IMG/VR virus record: IMGVR_UViG_3300032086_001604
Location: 1 to 40,788 of that record
Direction: 5' to 3' (one strand)
DNA: 40,788 nucleotides
DNA from: a virus
The position numbers and the translations under genes were made by a program. A model generated the notes under the pieces. That model saw nothing but the letters and a program-made list of their open reading frames with translations. It had not been told where the DNA came from and did no database searches. This document shows positions 18,201-26,407 of this stretch, piece by piece (position 1 is the stretch's first letter; every line of letters starts with the position of its first letter).

Positions 18201-18664
18201 GCGCCGGTGCTGCCACTCGCAGTCACGTTGCGGTTCAGCACAAAGGTCGTATCTGCCACCGTGATAAATCGCAGTGCGTCAGCGAAGTCAGTGATCGTGC
18301 CGCCATCGCCGTCGTCGGTCAGGTAGCTGGGCAGAGTGCCGCCGACGTACTCAACCTCGATTGCGTCGCTGGTGTCAGCATCGAATGCCTTGATGCCGTT
18401 ACTGTCGGCCACGAGGACGTACCGCTCGACAATGTCGCGGTCGATGAAGTGGACAGCGGCTCGGCTGTCAAATGCGAGATCAGCGGTGCTGTTGAAGGCG
18501 TGCATCTCGCCGACAAACTCAGCGGCGTGTCGCTTCTGTAGTCCTGAGACGGGCGACGCAAACGCATTTACCAGCTCGTTCGCGGTGTTGCTGAAGCGCA
18601 GGTTCTCGGCCTGCTGGCTCACACCCCCGATGAGGTTGGCAATGGTGTCGCTGATCAGTGGCAT
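15278..18664 (-). CDS. Tail tubular protein B (gp12-like), 1128 aa
   Basis: ATG at 18664 (MPLISDTIANLIGGVSQQ) with a GGGAG RBS; the track ORF extends further to 18733. Directly follows the gp11-like gene. Confidence 0.8.
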   Translation of the reverse strand: MPLISDTIANLIGGVSQQAENLRFSNTANELVNAFASPVSGLQKRHAAEFVGEMHAFNSTADLAFDSRAAVHFIDRDIVERYVLVADSNGIKAFDADTSDAIEVEYVGGTLPSYLTDDGDGGTITDFADALRFITVADTTFVLNRNVTASGSTGANFASYHFAAFPQLEFDTDRGGSKGGRKVDDSIATSGSAGYRTLYFSQGKTASTGDFTIGFQNKANQFMGLAKQVSATSTASTDEVVSKFMQAEFAALPNSLSYELRDAVTYNYLRRYEVSKFDSDAAKYPFFSSGATQGDFIGDYGPSVLVPGQSYNNLAAVWHTQSTVPTTTDGYMTDDDLRQCFVGPYYGISDISSSGSTTTFRVVRPDEKSYAGFQSTVAGQTRTIVNDLKVNSSGEVEITNGAGGYRAITVSRTDNTADLYLPYTTYTATQPGFGSLYWSGAPANTTWPTASIDLMNDLVQIAHDGANYTVGVTDEELRILVADGAGFSLTKNAAGTVTAFEDLPPEAANGRVISVGGVGEGDGTYYVIGIDGEYVETYAVPYVINDDTMPHTIRRKFRNDGTPYFEVGPHQYAARVVGDEESNRVPSFIGNTINDIFVYKGRLGFLSDENVIMSGANEFGTTANFFRKTVIQLLDDDRIDIGMSTGRIDILKNAVSFADTLMVMSDRAQFKLVSGTALSPNTVSIQQSTAFAVSPTVQPINAGNTIYFAQDNLNFTTVREMVAEYDTDIIETNEVTGQAPRYVPNGVFEMAVSTKKELLCMASSNEQNSIYVYKYYKNEGQRLQSAWSKWSYGTDTKILGFSFIDDYLVQLISVTTPDYVGSLELAAGATAPTYGTLSTRTYIVRTKIEEITSVSATAFPILLDMRVSRSQCDSIVGLRTDETNAAITGLPLGTDSTTIELPYRTTSTKLVALRSSADDYGTSMPFIAASNLKLNPLAGGTVAELTTRTGAFVAAPSQATADAINAILDTTAKNTYLTVFGRHDYEQTNALTQTLDLTDQPEFTVGITYDFRFELSPIYYKPGQTTVGRNDSRLQLRYATVTYDDTAGFAVEITPSGRETRLRQFNSLTFGDSEDQLGVLSFDTGAFRFPIMAKNDRVDILFKNSQPYPSTLTTIEWEGFVSPKTLRG

Positions 18665-18668
18665 GTCG

Positions 18669-19271
18669 TTAGCTCCCGTTGAAGCCGTAGCGATTGATGA
18701 TGCGCTGGGCGCTGAAGTTGCCGGCAAGCGCATTGTAGCGACCGACAGCTGCCTCTTCGTTCAGCAGGTCGGAGTAGGCCTTGTATTCGTCCATGCGATC
18801 CATTGCGCTCAGCCGATCCGAGCTGATCATGCGCTCTTGGAACATGCGGGCTGCGCGAAGAGTCGCGTAGCGGCGAGCCACCTCTGGCATCTCCTCAAAG
18901 GGAAGCCCGATTGTGACGTCGCAGGTGATGTCGTGGTCGAAGATATAAGTGTGGCTACCTCGATTGTAGAGGAAGCGCCCGCGCTGCACGACAGCAAGCA
19001 TGGCGTCTGGGCCGCTGGGGGCGACGCGCATTACGTTGGGTGCAAGCACGATCTTCTTCTCGATGTTGCGAGCGAGCTTGATTTGAATGTCGGTGTTCCA
19101 GTGCCAGCTTTGGGTCTGAGTCTCACGGGTGACGTTGTCGAGGATCGACTTAGCCATTGCTGCGTCAACAACCTGCTCATCTTCCAAGCTCGACACGGGG
19201 GTCTCGCCAATGTTCGTGAGCATGACGTTGACCGCTTGAAGCTCGGTCGTAGCCGTCACGAAGTCAGTCAT
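18669..19271 (-). CDS. Tail tubular protein A (gp11-like), 200 aa
   Basis: Size (T7 gp11 is 196 aa) and position immediately after the capsid gene and hairpin. Confidence 0.8.
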   Translation of the reverse strand: MTDFVTATTELQAVNVMLTNIGETPVSSLEDEQVVDAAMAKSILDNVTRETQTQSWHWNTDIQIKLARNIEKKIVLAPNVMRVAPSGPDAMLAVVQRGRFLYNRGSHTYIFDHDITCDVTIGLPFEEMPEVARRYATLRAARMFQERMISSDRLSAMDRMDEYKAYSDLLNEEAAVGRYNALAGNFSAQRIINRYGFNGS

Positions 19272-19297
19272 GTCATGTCTCCGTATAAGTTAGGGGA

Positions 19298-19324
19298 GTG
19301 GTGGCCCAGCGTGTGAGCCACCAC
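19298..19324 (-). terminator. Stem-loop after capsid gene (T-phi-like position)
   Basis: The minus-strand RNA has GUGGUGGC, an 11-nt loop, then GCCACCAC: a perfect 8-bp GC-rich stem in the 63-nt gap between the MCP stop and the gp11 start. No clear U-tract follows. Confidence 0.45.
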
Positions 19325-19334
19325 AAAGTGTCGC

Positions 19335-20351
19335 TTAGGACAGGGTGTTGTTCGTACCGTCGGTCTTAATCCCGATGATACATTCTGGGCGCAGTACGCC
19401 GTGGCCGACTGCCATTTTCGACACCATCAGCACGCCCTGGCGACGGATATCGTACTCAGACTCGGTCGACATACCGAACGAACCAAGCTGGACAGTACCG
19501 AGCGCCTCTGGGTGCATGACCAGCGCCTGCATGTTCGACATGTCCGCATCATACTTGGAGCGGAAGTCGACAGAGTCAGAGCTGTGGTCGACCTGCATGT
19601 TGTTCGTCTTGATGACCGACATGCCGGCAATCTTGAACAGGGTGCCCTGCGAGAAGTCACCGTTGTTCGCGACGAAGTCACGGTTCAGGATCTTATCCTG
19701 GGCGAGTAGGCCGTAGTACACGGTCGGGGACACGTACACGTAGCGGTCAGACTCAGGGACGTTCTTCTCATCGAGCTTCCGAGCCGCGACATACAGCTGG
19801 TCAACCAGCTCTGCGAAGGTCGGGGTCGTGTCCATCGTGATGTTCTCAGCCTGGCCCTGATCTGCAATCGCAGTCGAAGGAACCAGAGCTTCAGCACCAG
19901 CGACAGCAAACAAGTTGCGGTCGTAGGTCTGCGCCAGCGCATCACCCATTTCACGGGAGAACGCAGAGCGAACATCATAATGGTTCATGGCTTCTTGGAA
20001 GTTACTTATGAATGTAGAAGCCAACAGAACATCGTCAATTTGGATAACCCGCTCGTCTTGCTTGATGTTAGAGCCGGTAATCTCCGTGCCGGGTACATGG
20101 TACGCAGCAGTGGTCTTGCCGATTGCGTTGAAAATCGCCGAGCGACCAGCCTGAATCGTACGGATCCGGGTCTTGTCACGCAGCACAGTTTGAGCGAGGA
20201 ACCGAGCTTGGACCTCACCACTGAACACCTTGAGAAACAGCTCGTTGTTAGTCGCGAACTGGGTGGCGTTTACGGTACTTTCATCCGCCGCAGGGCTGCT
20301 GTAAGTGCCGTTGTTCTTAATACCGAGATAGCTCGGAGTAGCGTTAGCCAT
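19335..20351 (-). CDS. Major capsid protein (T7 gp10-like), 338 aa
   Basis: ATG preceded by AGGAGG. Size and composition typical of T7-type MCP. Followed by a hairpin and the tail tube genes. Confidence 0.9.
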   Translation of the reverse strand: MANATPSYLGIKNNGTYSSPAADESTVNATQFATNNELFLKVFSGEVQARFLAQTVLRDKTRIRTIQAGRSAIFNAIGKTTAAYHVPGTEITGSNIKQDERVIQIDDVLLASTFISNFQEAMNHYDVRSAFSREMGDALAQTYDRNLFAVAGAEALVPSTAIADQGQAENITMDTTPTFAELVDQLYVAARKLDEKNVPESDRYVYVSPTVYYGLLAQDKILNRDFVANNGDFSQGTLFKIAGMSVIKTNNMQVDHSSDSVDFRSKYDADMSNMQALVMHPEALGTVQLGSFGMSTESEYDIRRQGVLMVSKMAVGHGVLRPECIIGIKTDGTNNTLS

Positions 20352-20451
20352 TGTGGCCTCCTGTTATACTACATAGGGGGAGAATGACTGTGACTCAGCT
20401 AACATCTTGGTTGTCCGACAGGCACGTCGGGCCGCTGCGGTTAGGGTTGTC
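20352..20451 (-). promoter_or_regulatory. 100-bp leader upstream of capsid gene (expected late promoter region)
   Basis: One of very few intergenic gaps. Contains the strong SD AGGAGG and tgTAGTATAAcagg, which only loosely resembles the ACTATAA core at 368-390. Confidence 0.3.
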
Positions 20452-20652
20452 TCAGTTGCACCATTCTGCGCGTGCAAGGTTGGACCCGAGGACTTGTCGT
20501 AAAGTCAGATCGGTGTCTGCCGCACTGGCGTAGATTGGTAGCCAAGATGCACAGACGGCTCGGTCAATCTCGGAGCCATCCGTGCTGCTGCAGCTGGCCA
20601 CGCAGAGCGCGGTCGCTGACAGCGTGAGAAAGGTGGCGAGCCGCTTGGGCAT
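20452..20652 (-). CDS. Small lipoprotein, o-spanin candidate (66 aa)
   Basis: Internal ATG at 20652 with a GGAGAAAGG RBS. Signal peptide MPKRLATFLTLSATALCVASC carries a VASC lipobox. The mature part has 3 further Cys. The gene overlaps the 3' end of the upstream TM-protein gene in another frame. Confidence 0.55.
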   Translation of the reverse strand: MPKRLATFLTLSATALCVASCSSTDGSEIDRAVCASWLPIYASAADTDLTLRQVLGSNLARAEWCN

Positions 20653-20788
20653 CGTAGCCTTTCTCCGTAAAGTGTCGTGTGAGTTTCTTGCGTTCATTTC
20701 GACGTGCTTGCCTTGTGCTGATGATGTACGCGATTGCCGCCAAACCGATAGCGGCGCTAAAGACAATACGCTTGATGTCGTCGAACAT
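20564..20788 (-). CDS. Single-TM membrane protein (i-spanin or holin-like), 74 aa
   Basis: N-terminal TM IVFSAAIGLAAIAYIIS followed by the basic stretch RQARRNERKK. The start lies 1 nt after the lysozyme stop. Confidence 0.55.
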   Translation of the reverse strand: MFDDIKRIVFSAAIGLAAIAYIISTRQARRNERKKLTRHFTEKGYDAQAARHLSHAVSDRALRGQLQQHGWLRD

Positions 20789-20789
20789 T

Positions 20790-21533
20790 TCATCGGCGCC
20801 CTTTCTGCCAATCGTCTAAACGAACCATGATGAAGTAGCCGGCGAACGCAGCTGCAATCAGCCCCGCCAACCAGATGTGATTCTCGACAAACGTCGCTGC
20901 CTGCTCGAGCGGGCCGATCACCGGAGCCACTGCCGTGACAGTGCCCACGACGCCCAGCGCACCGGCTGCTCGCATGGTCCGACTGTCGGTGATGTCGCCA
21001 CGCGGGACTGACACCGGCGTCGCAAAGAGCTCAGCCTCCGATGCCCGCCGCTTGCGCAGGCCTTCGCGTTCTTTACCGCCCGCCTTGTTCCAGCGATGGA
21101 ACTCGTTGGTTGCCAATACGCGCTGGCTCCGATTGAGCAGGCGCAGTAGCGTACTGTCGCGGAAAGCCGCGATGCCGACGTTGTAGACAAACGACACGAG
21201 GGCATCGAACTCGTTCTGGTTAAGCGGCACGGTGACGTGCTTGTTCACCGCTTTCTCGTAGCGACCGATCGTCGTCTCAAACATGCGCAGCACGTCAGCT
21301 TCGTTGTAAACATGGCCGATCTCGAGGCCCTTGATGTCGTAGCTTGTCGTGCCGAACCCGACAGTTGGCACTGGGTCCGTAGCAATCGGATCCGCATATA
21401 CCTTGAGGTACTTGTCGGGAATGTTGTCGTAACCACCAGGATACCAGACGTGACCATCGCGGGTCTTTAGACTGGTACTGGCTTCATAGTACGCGATGAG
21501 CGCCAAACCGCGCTCGCTTAACCGTTTTTTCAT
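20790..21533 (-). CDS. GH24-type lysozyme (endolysin) with C-terminal double-TM extension
   Basis: LIAYYEAS, YADP and TVGFGTT (Glu/Asp/Thr catalytic pattern of T4/lambda-type lysozymes), plus NQNEFDALVSFVYNVG. The C-terminal ~70 aa contain two hydrophobic helices (AAGALGVVGTVTAVAPVIG; IWLAGLIAAAFAGYFIMV). Confidence 0.85.
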   Translation of the reverse strand: MKKRLSERGLALIAYYEASTSLKTRDGHVWYPGGYDNIPDKYLKVYADPIATDPVPTVGFGTTSYDIKGLEIGHVYNEADVLRMFETTIGRYEKAVNKHVTVPLNQNEFDALVSFVYNVGIAAFRDSTLLRLLNRSQRVLATNEFHRWNKAGGKEREGLRKRRASEAELFATPVSVPRGDITDSRTMRAAGALGVVGTVTAVAPVIGPLEQAATFVENHIWLAGLIAAAFAGYFIMVRLDDWQKGRR

Positions 21534-21541
21534 GGGGTGTC

Positions 21542-22348
21542 CTACGTCATGTTGCCAATCTTGCGCTCGACATCATTCCGGTAGGCGTCATCCGACTTGT
21601 ATCGCGGATCGTTGATCGCCTCGAGCATCTCCGCTGTTGAGCGGAAGCCCTCGGGTCCAGACCGTACACCGCCAATCGTCCGCTGGGGTTCTGTCGAGCC
21701 GACGGTTCGGTCGTAGTCAGTAGAGATCATCGCCATTGCCATGCGGGTCTGGCTGTAATCGCCGCTGTTCAGCATCCCGTTGAGCCGCTCGATCATGTTG
21801 TCGTCGTAATGATCAGCGGCCCACGTCTGCATGGCTCCGACACGGTCGTCGCCTCCAAACTCCTGCACGATTGCCGAGCGGTTTTGTTCAGCCTCGCGAA
21901 TGCGCATGTCTCGCACAGCCTCAACGGTCTCTCGGGGGATGCCGGCTGCAGCCAGGGCGTCGAAGGTTTCGTCGGACAACTGCCCGGTCGACATAAACTC
22001 CTGTTCTGCATTACCGATCAGGCTGTCGACAGCGGGAGTGGGAGTTACCTCCTCGCTTTCGCTTGCCTCCTCGGCTTCAGTCTCCCCACTACTGAGTTTC
22101 CGTTCAAGCTCTGCATAGCTCTTCGCCATGTCTTCTGGGCTGTTAAACTTCTCCGGCAACCATGCAGGCCGCTCTTCAGCCTGTGGCTGCTCAGACGTCT
22201 GAGCGGGTTCGGTTTCGACATTCTCGTCCTTGGGCAAGTGGCCCTCTTCAACGAGTTTGTCGTATGATTCCTGCAGCGTCGGTTCAGCGACATCGCCGTC
22301 GAGCGGCAGGGACATTTGGGTATCAGTGTCAGCCATGTTTTCACTCAC
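21542..22348 (-). CDS. Scaffolding protein (gp9-like), acidic (alternative ATG at 22336)
   Basis: 268-aa Glu/Asp-rich ORF immediately after the portal gene. GTG start overlapping the portal stop. Confidence 0.7.
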   Translation of the reverse strand: MSENMADTDTQMSLPLDGDVAEPTLQESYDKLVEEGHLPKDENVETEPAQTSEQPQAEERPAWLPEKFNSPEDMAKSYAELERKLSSGETEAEEASESEEVTPTPAVDSLIGNAEQEFMSTGQLSDETFDALAAAGIPRETVEAVRDMRIREAEQNRSAIVQEFGGDDRVGAMQTWAADHYDDNMIERLNGMLNSGDYSQTRMAMAMISTDYDRTVGSTEPQRTIGGVRSGPEGFRSTAEMLEAINDPRYKSDDAYRNDVERKIGNMT

Positions 22349-23883
22349 TGTTGTTGCTGGGTAGCGTCGGCGACAGCCTTAACCGCTTGCGGTGCTGCGC
22401 TCTGTGCGATCGACGCGAGTTGCTGTTGTTGCTGGGCCTCAAGTTGGGCCTGTTGTTCGAGGGCGATCTGCTCTCGGGTCTTTACGAGCCCGCCCATATC
22501 GATGCCAAGACTGGCTCCGGTACGGATGATGAACTCGTCGACGTTCATAAAGGTCTCAAGCACACCTGGGCCTAGTGACCCGACCACCTGCATGAACTGC
22601 ATGAGGTTGTTGAGGTCGTTGCCGCGGCCTAGGGCTGCTGTGCCAGTGACGATGCTCGGCTTGATGACGCCGTCTGGCAGAGCCGGCAGGCGTTTCTGGC
22701 GCTGCATGCGCTCCATCAGGCGCTTCACCAGCGGCAGCTGCAGTGTCTGCGACAAGTTACTGTACAGACCGCCGAGGCTTGCCTCGAGGGCGTTGGCCAA
22801 CAGTGTCAGCTCAGTGCTTGTCACACGCTCAGCGTCACGCTGGATGCTGTCGTACAACATGAACGCCTGTGCCAGCCGCTGCTCGATCCGCTGGGCTGCA
22901 TTAGCTGCGACTGCCATGTCAGCCTGCTTCTGCACCTGCAGTGTCGAGACGTCCGCTGCGTTGCCAGACTTGAAGTCGCCTGACTCAGCTTCTGCTAGAT
23001 CCTGCATGCGCGTCACACCGTTCGGCTGCACCAAAAATACTACCTTGGATGCTGCGGCGCTGGCCTCCAAGATTGCTCTCGACAAACCTTCAAGGCTGAT
23101 CAGGTCGCCGAGGTACTCCTCGACGTAACCACGACCATAGTGCTCAGCGTCAATCGTGTTCCAGCGCAGTGCAAGCATCGGGCCTTTGTCGAGCGGCCAG
23201 CTGCCCTCACTGCCGGGAATCATGACGCCGTTGTCGAGCTCCTGGTACAGCTTCCAGCGTTTACCCTGGCGGTAGTACTTGGTATAGATGTCGACATCTT
23301 CACCCTCTTTGTGGTCGGTGATGAGAGCTGCGACTTCTTCAGGTAGTGTCGCTGGGCTGACGGATTCCTTAATGGTGATATCAAGCAGGTTTCCGTCAGC
23401 GTCGCGGCTGACCACGTATCGGTCGAGACCGTAGACGCGGGTGCCTCCAGCAGCAGGCAGGTAAACAAGACAGTTGCCGGAGATGATCAGGTGTTTGAGA
23501 GCTTCGAAGAGAGGGGCTCGTAAGCCCGACTGCTCGACCTCCTCCATGACCGCACGTTCGATTGCCGACAGGCCGGCTTCGATTTCACCTCGGGCGTCGG
23601 GACGCTGGGCGAGCTCAGCTGCTTCGAAGTCGCTGAGCGTGAGTCGGAAGAAGGGGGTGTTCGGGGGCAGGAGACTGAGAAGAAGCCGCGCTGCCAAGTA
23701 GTTCACGCCACGCGCACCGATGCCTTGATACGGGGTCGGTAGCCGGGAGCTGTATGTGTGTCCCGCTGGGGGAACTACGGAGGGGAGGGTAAGTTTTGCA
23801 CACTCTCGGGCACGTTCGAGGTAGGTCTCTCGGGTGCTTGCGAGCTTCTCGTAGCGTGACGCACAGGTCACGCCGGCGTGCAT
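22345..23883 (-). CDS. Portal (head-tail connector) protein, gp8-like, 512 aa
   Basis: N-terminal RYEKLASTRETYLERARECAKLTLPS resembles the conserved start of T7 gp8. Size and position upstream of the scaffold gene. Confidence 0.88.
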   Translation of the reverse strand: MHAGVTCASRYEKLASTRETYLERARECAKLTLPSVVPPAGHTYSSRLPTPYQGIGARGVNYLAARLLLSLLPPNTPFFRLTLSDFEAAELAQRPDARGEIEAGLSAIERAVMEEVEQSGLRAPLFEALKHLIISGNCLVYLPAAGGTRVYGLDRYVVSRDADGNLLDITIKESVSPATLPEEVAALITDHKEGEDVDIYTKYYRQGKRWKLYQELDNGVMIPGSEGSWPLDKGPMLALRWNTIDAEHYGRGYVEEYLGDLISLEGLSRAILEASAAASKVVFLVQPNGVTRMQDLAEAESGDFKSGNAADVSTLQVQKQADMAVAANAAQRIEQRLAQAFMLYDSIQRDAERVTSTELTLLANALEASLGGLYSNLSQTLQLPLVKRLMERMQRQKRLPALPDGVIKPSIVTGTAALGRGNDLNNLMQFMQVVGSLGPGVLETFMNVDEFIIRTGASLGIDMGGLVKTREQIALEQQAQLEAQQQQQLASIAQSAAPQAVKAVADATQQQQ

Positions 23884-24152
23884 TACTTCTGGCGTCCGGT
23901 GTTAACGCCCATACCACCGCCGGTGTTGACCGACGGCATGCTGACCTTTGCGTTACGCGGTCGTGCAATACGCAGCGCTCGAGCGCCGCTGTCGTCACTT
24001 GCGTACGGGTCTTTCAGGCGAGCCTTTTGCTTTGCACGAGCAGCTTTTGCAGGGGCAGCTTGTGCGAGCGTTGGAGGCGCGGGAGTGGGCGCTGGTGCCA
24101 CGATCACGGGCGGCTGTGGTGGCGGTGGAGCCGGGGAATTGCCTAGACACAT
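23883..24152 (-). CDS. gp6.7-like small virion protein candidate (89 aa)
   Basis: Starts with MC, has a Pro/Ala-rich middle and a basic C-terminus. Size and position just upstream of the portal are like T7 gp6.7 (88 aa, as I recall it, also beginning MC). Confidence 0.5.
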   Translation of the reverse strand: MCLGNSPAPPPPQPPVIVAPAPTPAPPTLAQAAPAKAARAKQKARLKDPYASDDSGARALRIARPRNAKVSMPSVNTGGGMGVNTGRQK

Positions 24153-24156
24153 TCGT

Positions 24157-24363
24157 TCAGATCCTTAGGATGTTGTCATTTTGTTCTTCGAAGATTGATT
24201 GTAGATGCCTGACCACGGCCACCTGGCCGACAGATAACCATATCTGCCGGTCAGTAGCGTCGACACTTGGGACGCGGTCGGGGTATCGCTCGAGCAAGTA
24301 CTCGAGCAATTCCTTGGTGACGATCGGTGTCGGAGCCGGTGGCTTGTCGGTCAGATCCCGCAT
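24157..24363 (-). CDS. Hypothetical protein (68 aa)
   Basis: ATG start overlapping the RNR gene end. Coding-like GC3 pattern. No recognisable motif. Confidence 0.5.
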   Translation of the reverse strand: MRDLTDKPPAPTPIVTKELLEYLLERYPDRVPSVDATDRQIWLSVGQVAVVRHLQSIFEEQNDNILRI

Positions 24364-26015
24364 GATCCACCGCTTCCGCTGATGTCACAGATGTCGTGAG
24401 TTTCGGTGAAGGTCTCGCCCTCCCATTTCTTAGCCTCTTCGTACGGCACGCTCGTCAGTGGCTGACCACCACGCGACCCGTCGGCATACACCGTCATGCC
24501 GCGCAGGCGTGGTGCGTAGCGCGCAAACAGGTCGACATAGGTCTCGACACTGTCCTCATTGTTCAGCGGCGTGCCCCAAGCCGGGAGGTTAATCGTCGAG
24601 CTGATCGACTGATCGACGTAGTCTTGGATGTCGGCTTGGAATTTCACACGACGCTCTGGCTCAGCGGCCAGATCCAGCGCTGACTCGACAGACTCAGGGT
24701 CAACACCGTACTGGTCGATCATCTGCTGTGCAGCGCTGTCGATCACGTACTGGTAACGCCACTCAGTACCGCCAACGAGGTAGCGGCGCTTGTAGGCTGT
24801 CGCGAAGATAGGCTCGATGCCTGTTGTCGTGCCGGCGAGGATGCCGATCGTGCCCGTCGGAGCAATCGCACGGACGCCCCACGGACGGTTGACGCCGAGC
24901 TGGGCAGCAAACGACTTCGCTGTGCGGTCGGACTCAGCCTGCCACACTGCCAGCCACTTATGCAGCTCGGGAGTAACCTCGTACTTCGATCCGCGAGAGA
25001 TGAGCCACTCGTGGATTCCCATCAATCCGAGGCCGAGTCTTCTGGTTTTGGATCTTGTCTCCCAGACCTTAGGATATGGAAGATCAGCACGCTCTGTGCC
25101 GCATAACAGGAACTTAGTCGTCAGGTTAACGACGTCTGTAAGCTCATCTAAGGTTTCAATTCGGCTTAGGTTTACCGAACTCAGGTTGCAGCAGTCCGAA
25201 TCTTCGCTCGACGTAACCTCTGTGCAGGCATTGCGGAGCGTTTCGTTCTCTTTGTCGAGGAAGTTAAAGCTGAATCCTGGCTCGCTGGTGCGCAGAGCTT
25301 GGGCGACATTCTTGCGGAACACCGTTCCCGGCTCGCCTGTCTTGTAATACTCGAGCAACCAAGCGGTATCGTAGTTCACGCTGATGTTGGTCATGTCGAG
25401 AGGCGCCGGCCAATTGAAGTCGTCTTGCTTCAGATCCCAGAGCGTCTTGTCGGTTCCTGGCACTGGCATGTTCTGCCAGTCTTTAGCCACAAGGAAGTCA
25501 TGGACGTCACCATGTTGCCAGTTTAGCGACGCATAGATGGCGCTTCGACGGCTACCACCCTGCATAACGCGGCGACCGATCTCGTTGATCATCGTCATCT
25601 TTGGGATTGGGCCGCTGGCTGTGCCACCAGTGCGTGCGATCTTGGAGCCGGCTGGTCGGTAGATACTGTAGTCGACCCCGATACCGCCACCCGTCATCAA
25701 ACAGCTCTCGGACTTCCACGACAAATTGGCCCAGTCCTGTCTCGAGTCCTCTTCGGCGCGCAGCAGGTAGCAGTTGTTGAAGAACTTGTTGGGCCGGCCA
25801 CCGTAGTAGATGTAGCGACCGCCAAACAGCACCTTCATGTCGGTAGCGTACTTGATCAGCTGCTCTTTTTCGTCAGCTGACATCATGTACTGCGCTACAT
25901 CCTCGACAACAATGCGCACCCGGTCGGCCCATGTCTCGTTTGGGTGGGCTCTGTATTTGGCGTTGAAGATATCCTCGGCGAAGGAATTACGAAAATAAGT
26001 GTTTGGTCGGCTCAC
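24351..26015 (-). CDS. nrdJ: Ribonucleotide reductase, probably class II (B12-dependent), 554 aa
   Basis: GGGIGVDYS..RPAGS...TGGTASGP, GGSRRSA and the active-site NACTEV..CNLSSVNL motifs. C-terminal Cys pair CDISGSGGSC. No ATP-cone and no beta-subunit gene in the genome, which argues for class II. Confidence 0.8.
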   Translation of the reverse strand: MSRPNTYFRNSFAEDIFNAKYRAHPNETWADRVRIVVEDVAQYMMSADEKEQLIKYATDMKVLFGGRYIYYGGRPNKFFNNCYLLRAEEDSRQDWANLSWKSESCLMTGGGIGVDYSIYRPAGSKIARTGGTASGPIPKMTMINEIGRRVMQGGSRRSAIYASLNWQHGDVHDFLVAKDWQNMPVPGTDKTLWDLKQDDFNWPAPLDMTNISVNYDTAWLLEYYKTGEPGTVFRKNVAQALRTSEPGFSFNFLDKENETLRNACTEVTSSEDSDCCNLSSVNLSRIETLDELTDVVNLTTKFLLCGTERADLPYPKVWETRSKTRRLGLGLMGIHEWLISRGSKYEVTPELHKWLAVWQAESDRTAKSFAAQLGVNRPWGVRAIAPTGTIGILAGTTTGIEPIFATAYKRRYLVGGTEWRYQYVIDSAAQQMIDQYGVDPESVESALDLAAEPERRVKFQADIQDYVDQSISSTINLPAWGTPLNNEDSVETYVDLFARYAPRLRGMTVYADGSRGGQPLTSVPYEEAKKWEGETFTETHDICDISGSGGSCGI

Positions 26016-26407
26016 AGGCTCTCTCCCCGTACCAGCGGGGACAAATCCACCGGCTTATAGTTTTTTGGCTTTGTTACTTTGCCGTTGTCTTTGTCGACGG
26101 CTCCGGTGACCTTAGTCATGTTGTTGTCGTGTACGGCAGCGTACGCATTTGTACACACATCTGGCTTGAAGAACACGACACCGAGCCCCAGCGTCACGTA
26201 CAGGAGATCACACATCTCCTTCAGCGCGTGTGCTTTGTTTTCGGTGGTCGGCTCGTGGTGTGCCTTGTGCATCGCCTCGGTCAGCTCAAGGAACTCCTCG
26301 GTGATCAGGCGCAGGCGCAGGGCCACAGTGTCAGCGTCGCTGAACAGGCCTTCGCCGTTGTGTGTTTGGCCTGCAGCTTTGGCAAAGCCGTTCACTGTAT
26401 CAAACAT
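26012..26407 (-). CDS. mazG: MazG-like nucleotide pyrophosphohydrolase (131 aa)
   Basis: ATG at 26407 with a GGGAGGG RBS. LRLRLITEEFLELTEAM (the EExxE-type helix of the MazG fold). Confidence 0.65.
   Translation of the reverse strand: MFDTVNGFAKAAGQTHNGEGLFSDADTVALRLRLITEEFLELTEAMHKAHHEPTTENKAHALKEMCDLLYVTLGLGVVFFKPDVCTNAYAAVHDNNMTKVTGAVDKDNGKVTKPKNYKPVDLSPLVRGESL

Noticed and set aside
19272-19334. T7-style -1 frameshift extension of the capsid protein (gp10B analogue)
   Set aside because: Only 63 nt separate the MCP stop from the next gene, and the hairpin occupies them. There is no room for an extended frame, and I saw no slippery heptamer near the stop.
20452-20811. 119-aa version of the lipoprotein ORF
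   Set aside because: Its first 53 codons entirely overlap the 74-aa TM-protein gene and the lysozyme stop. The internal ATG at 20652 has a GGAGAAAGG RBS and begins a textbook lipoprotein signal peptide.
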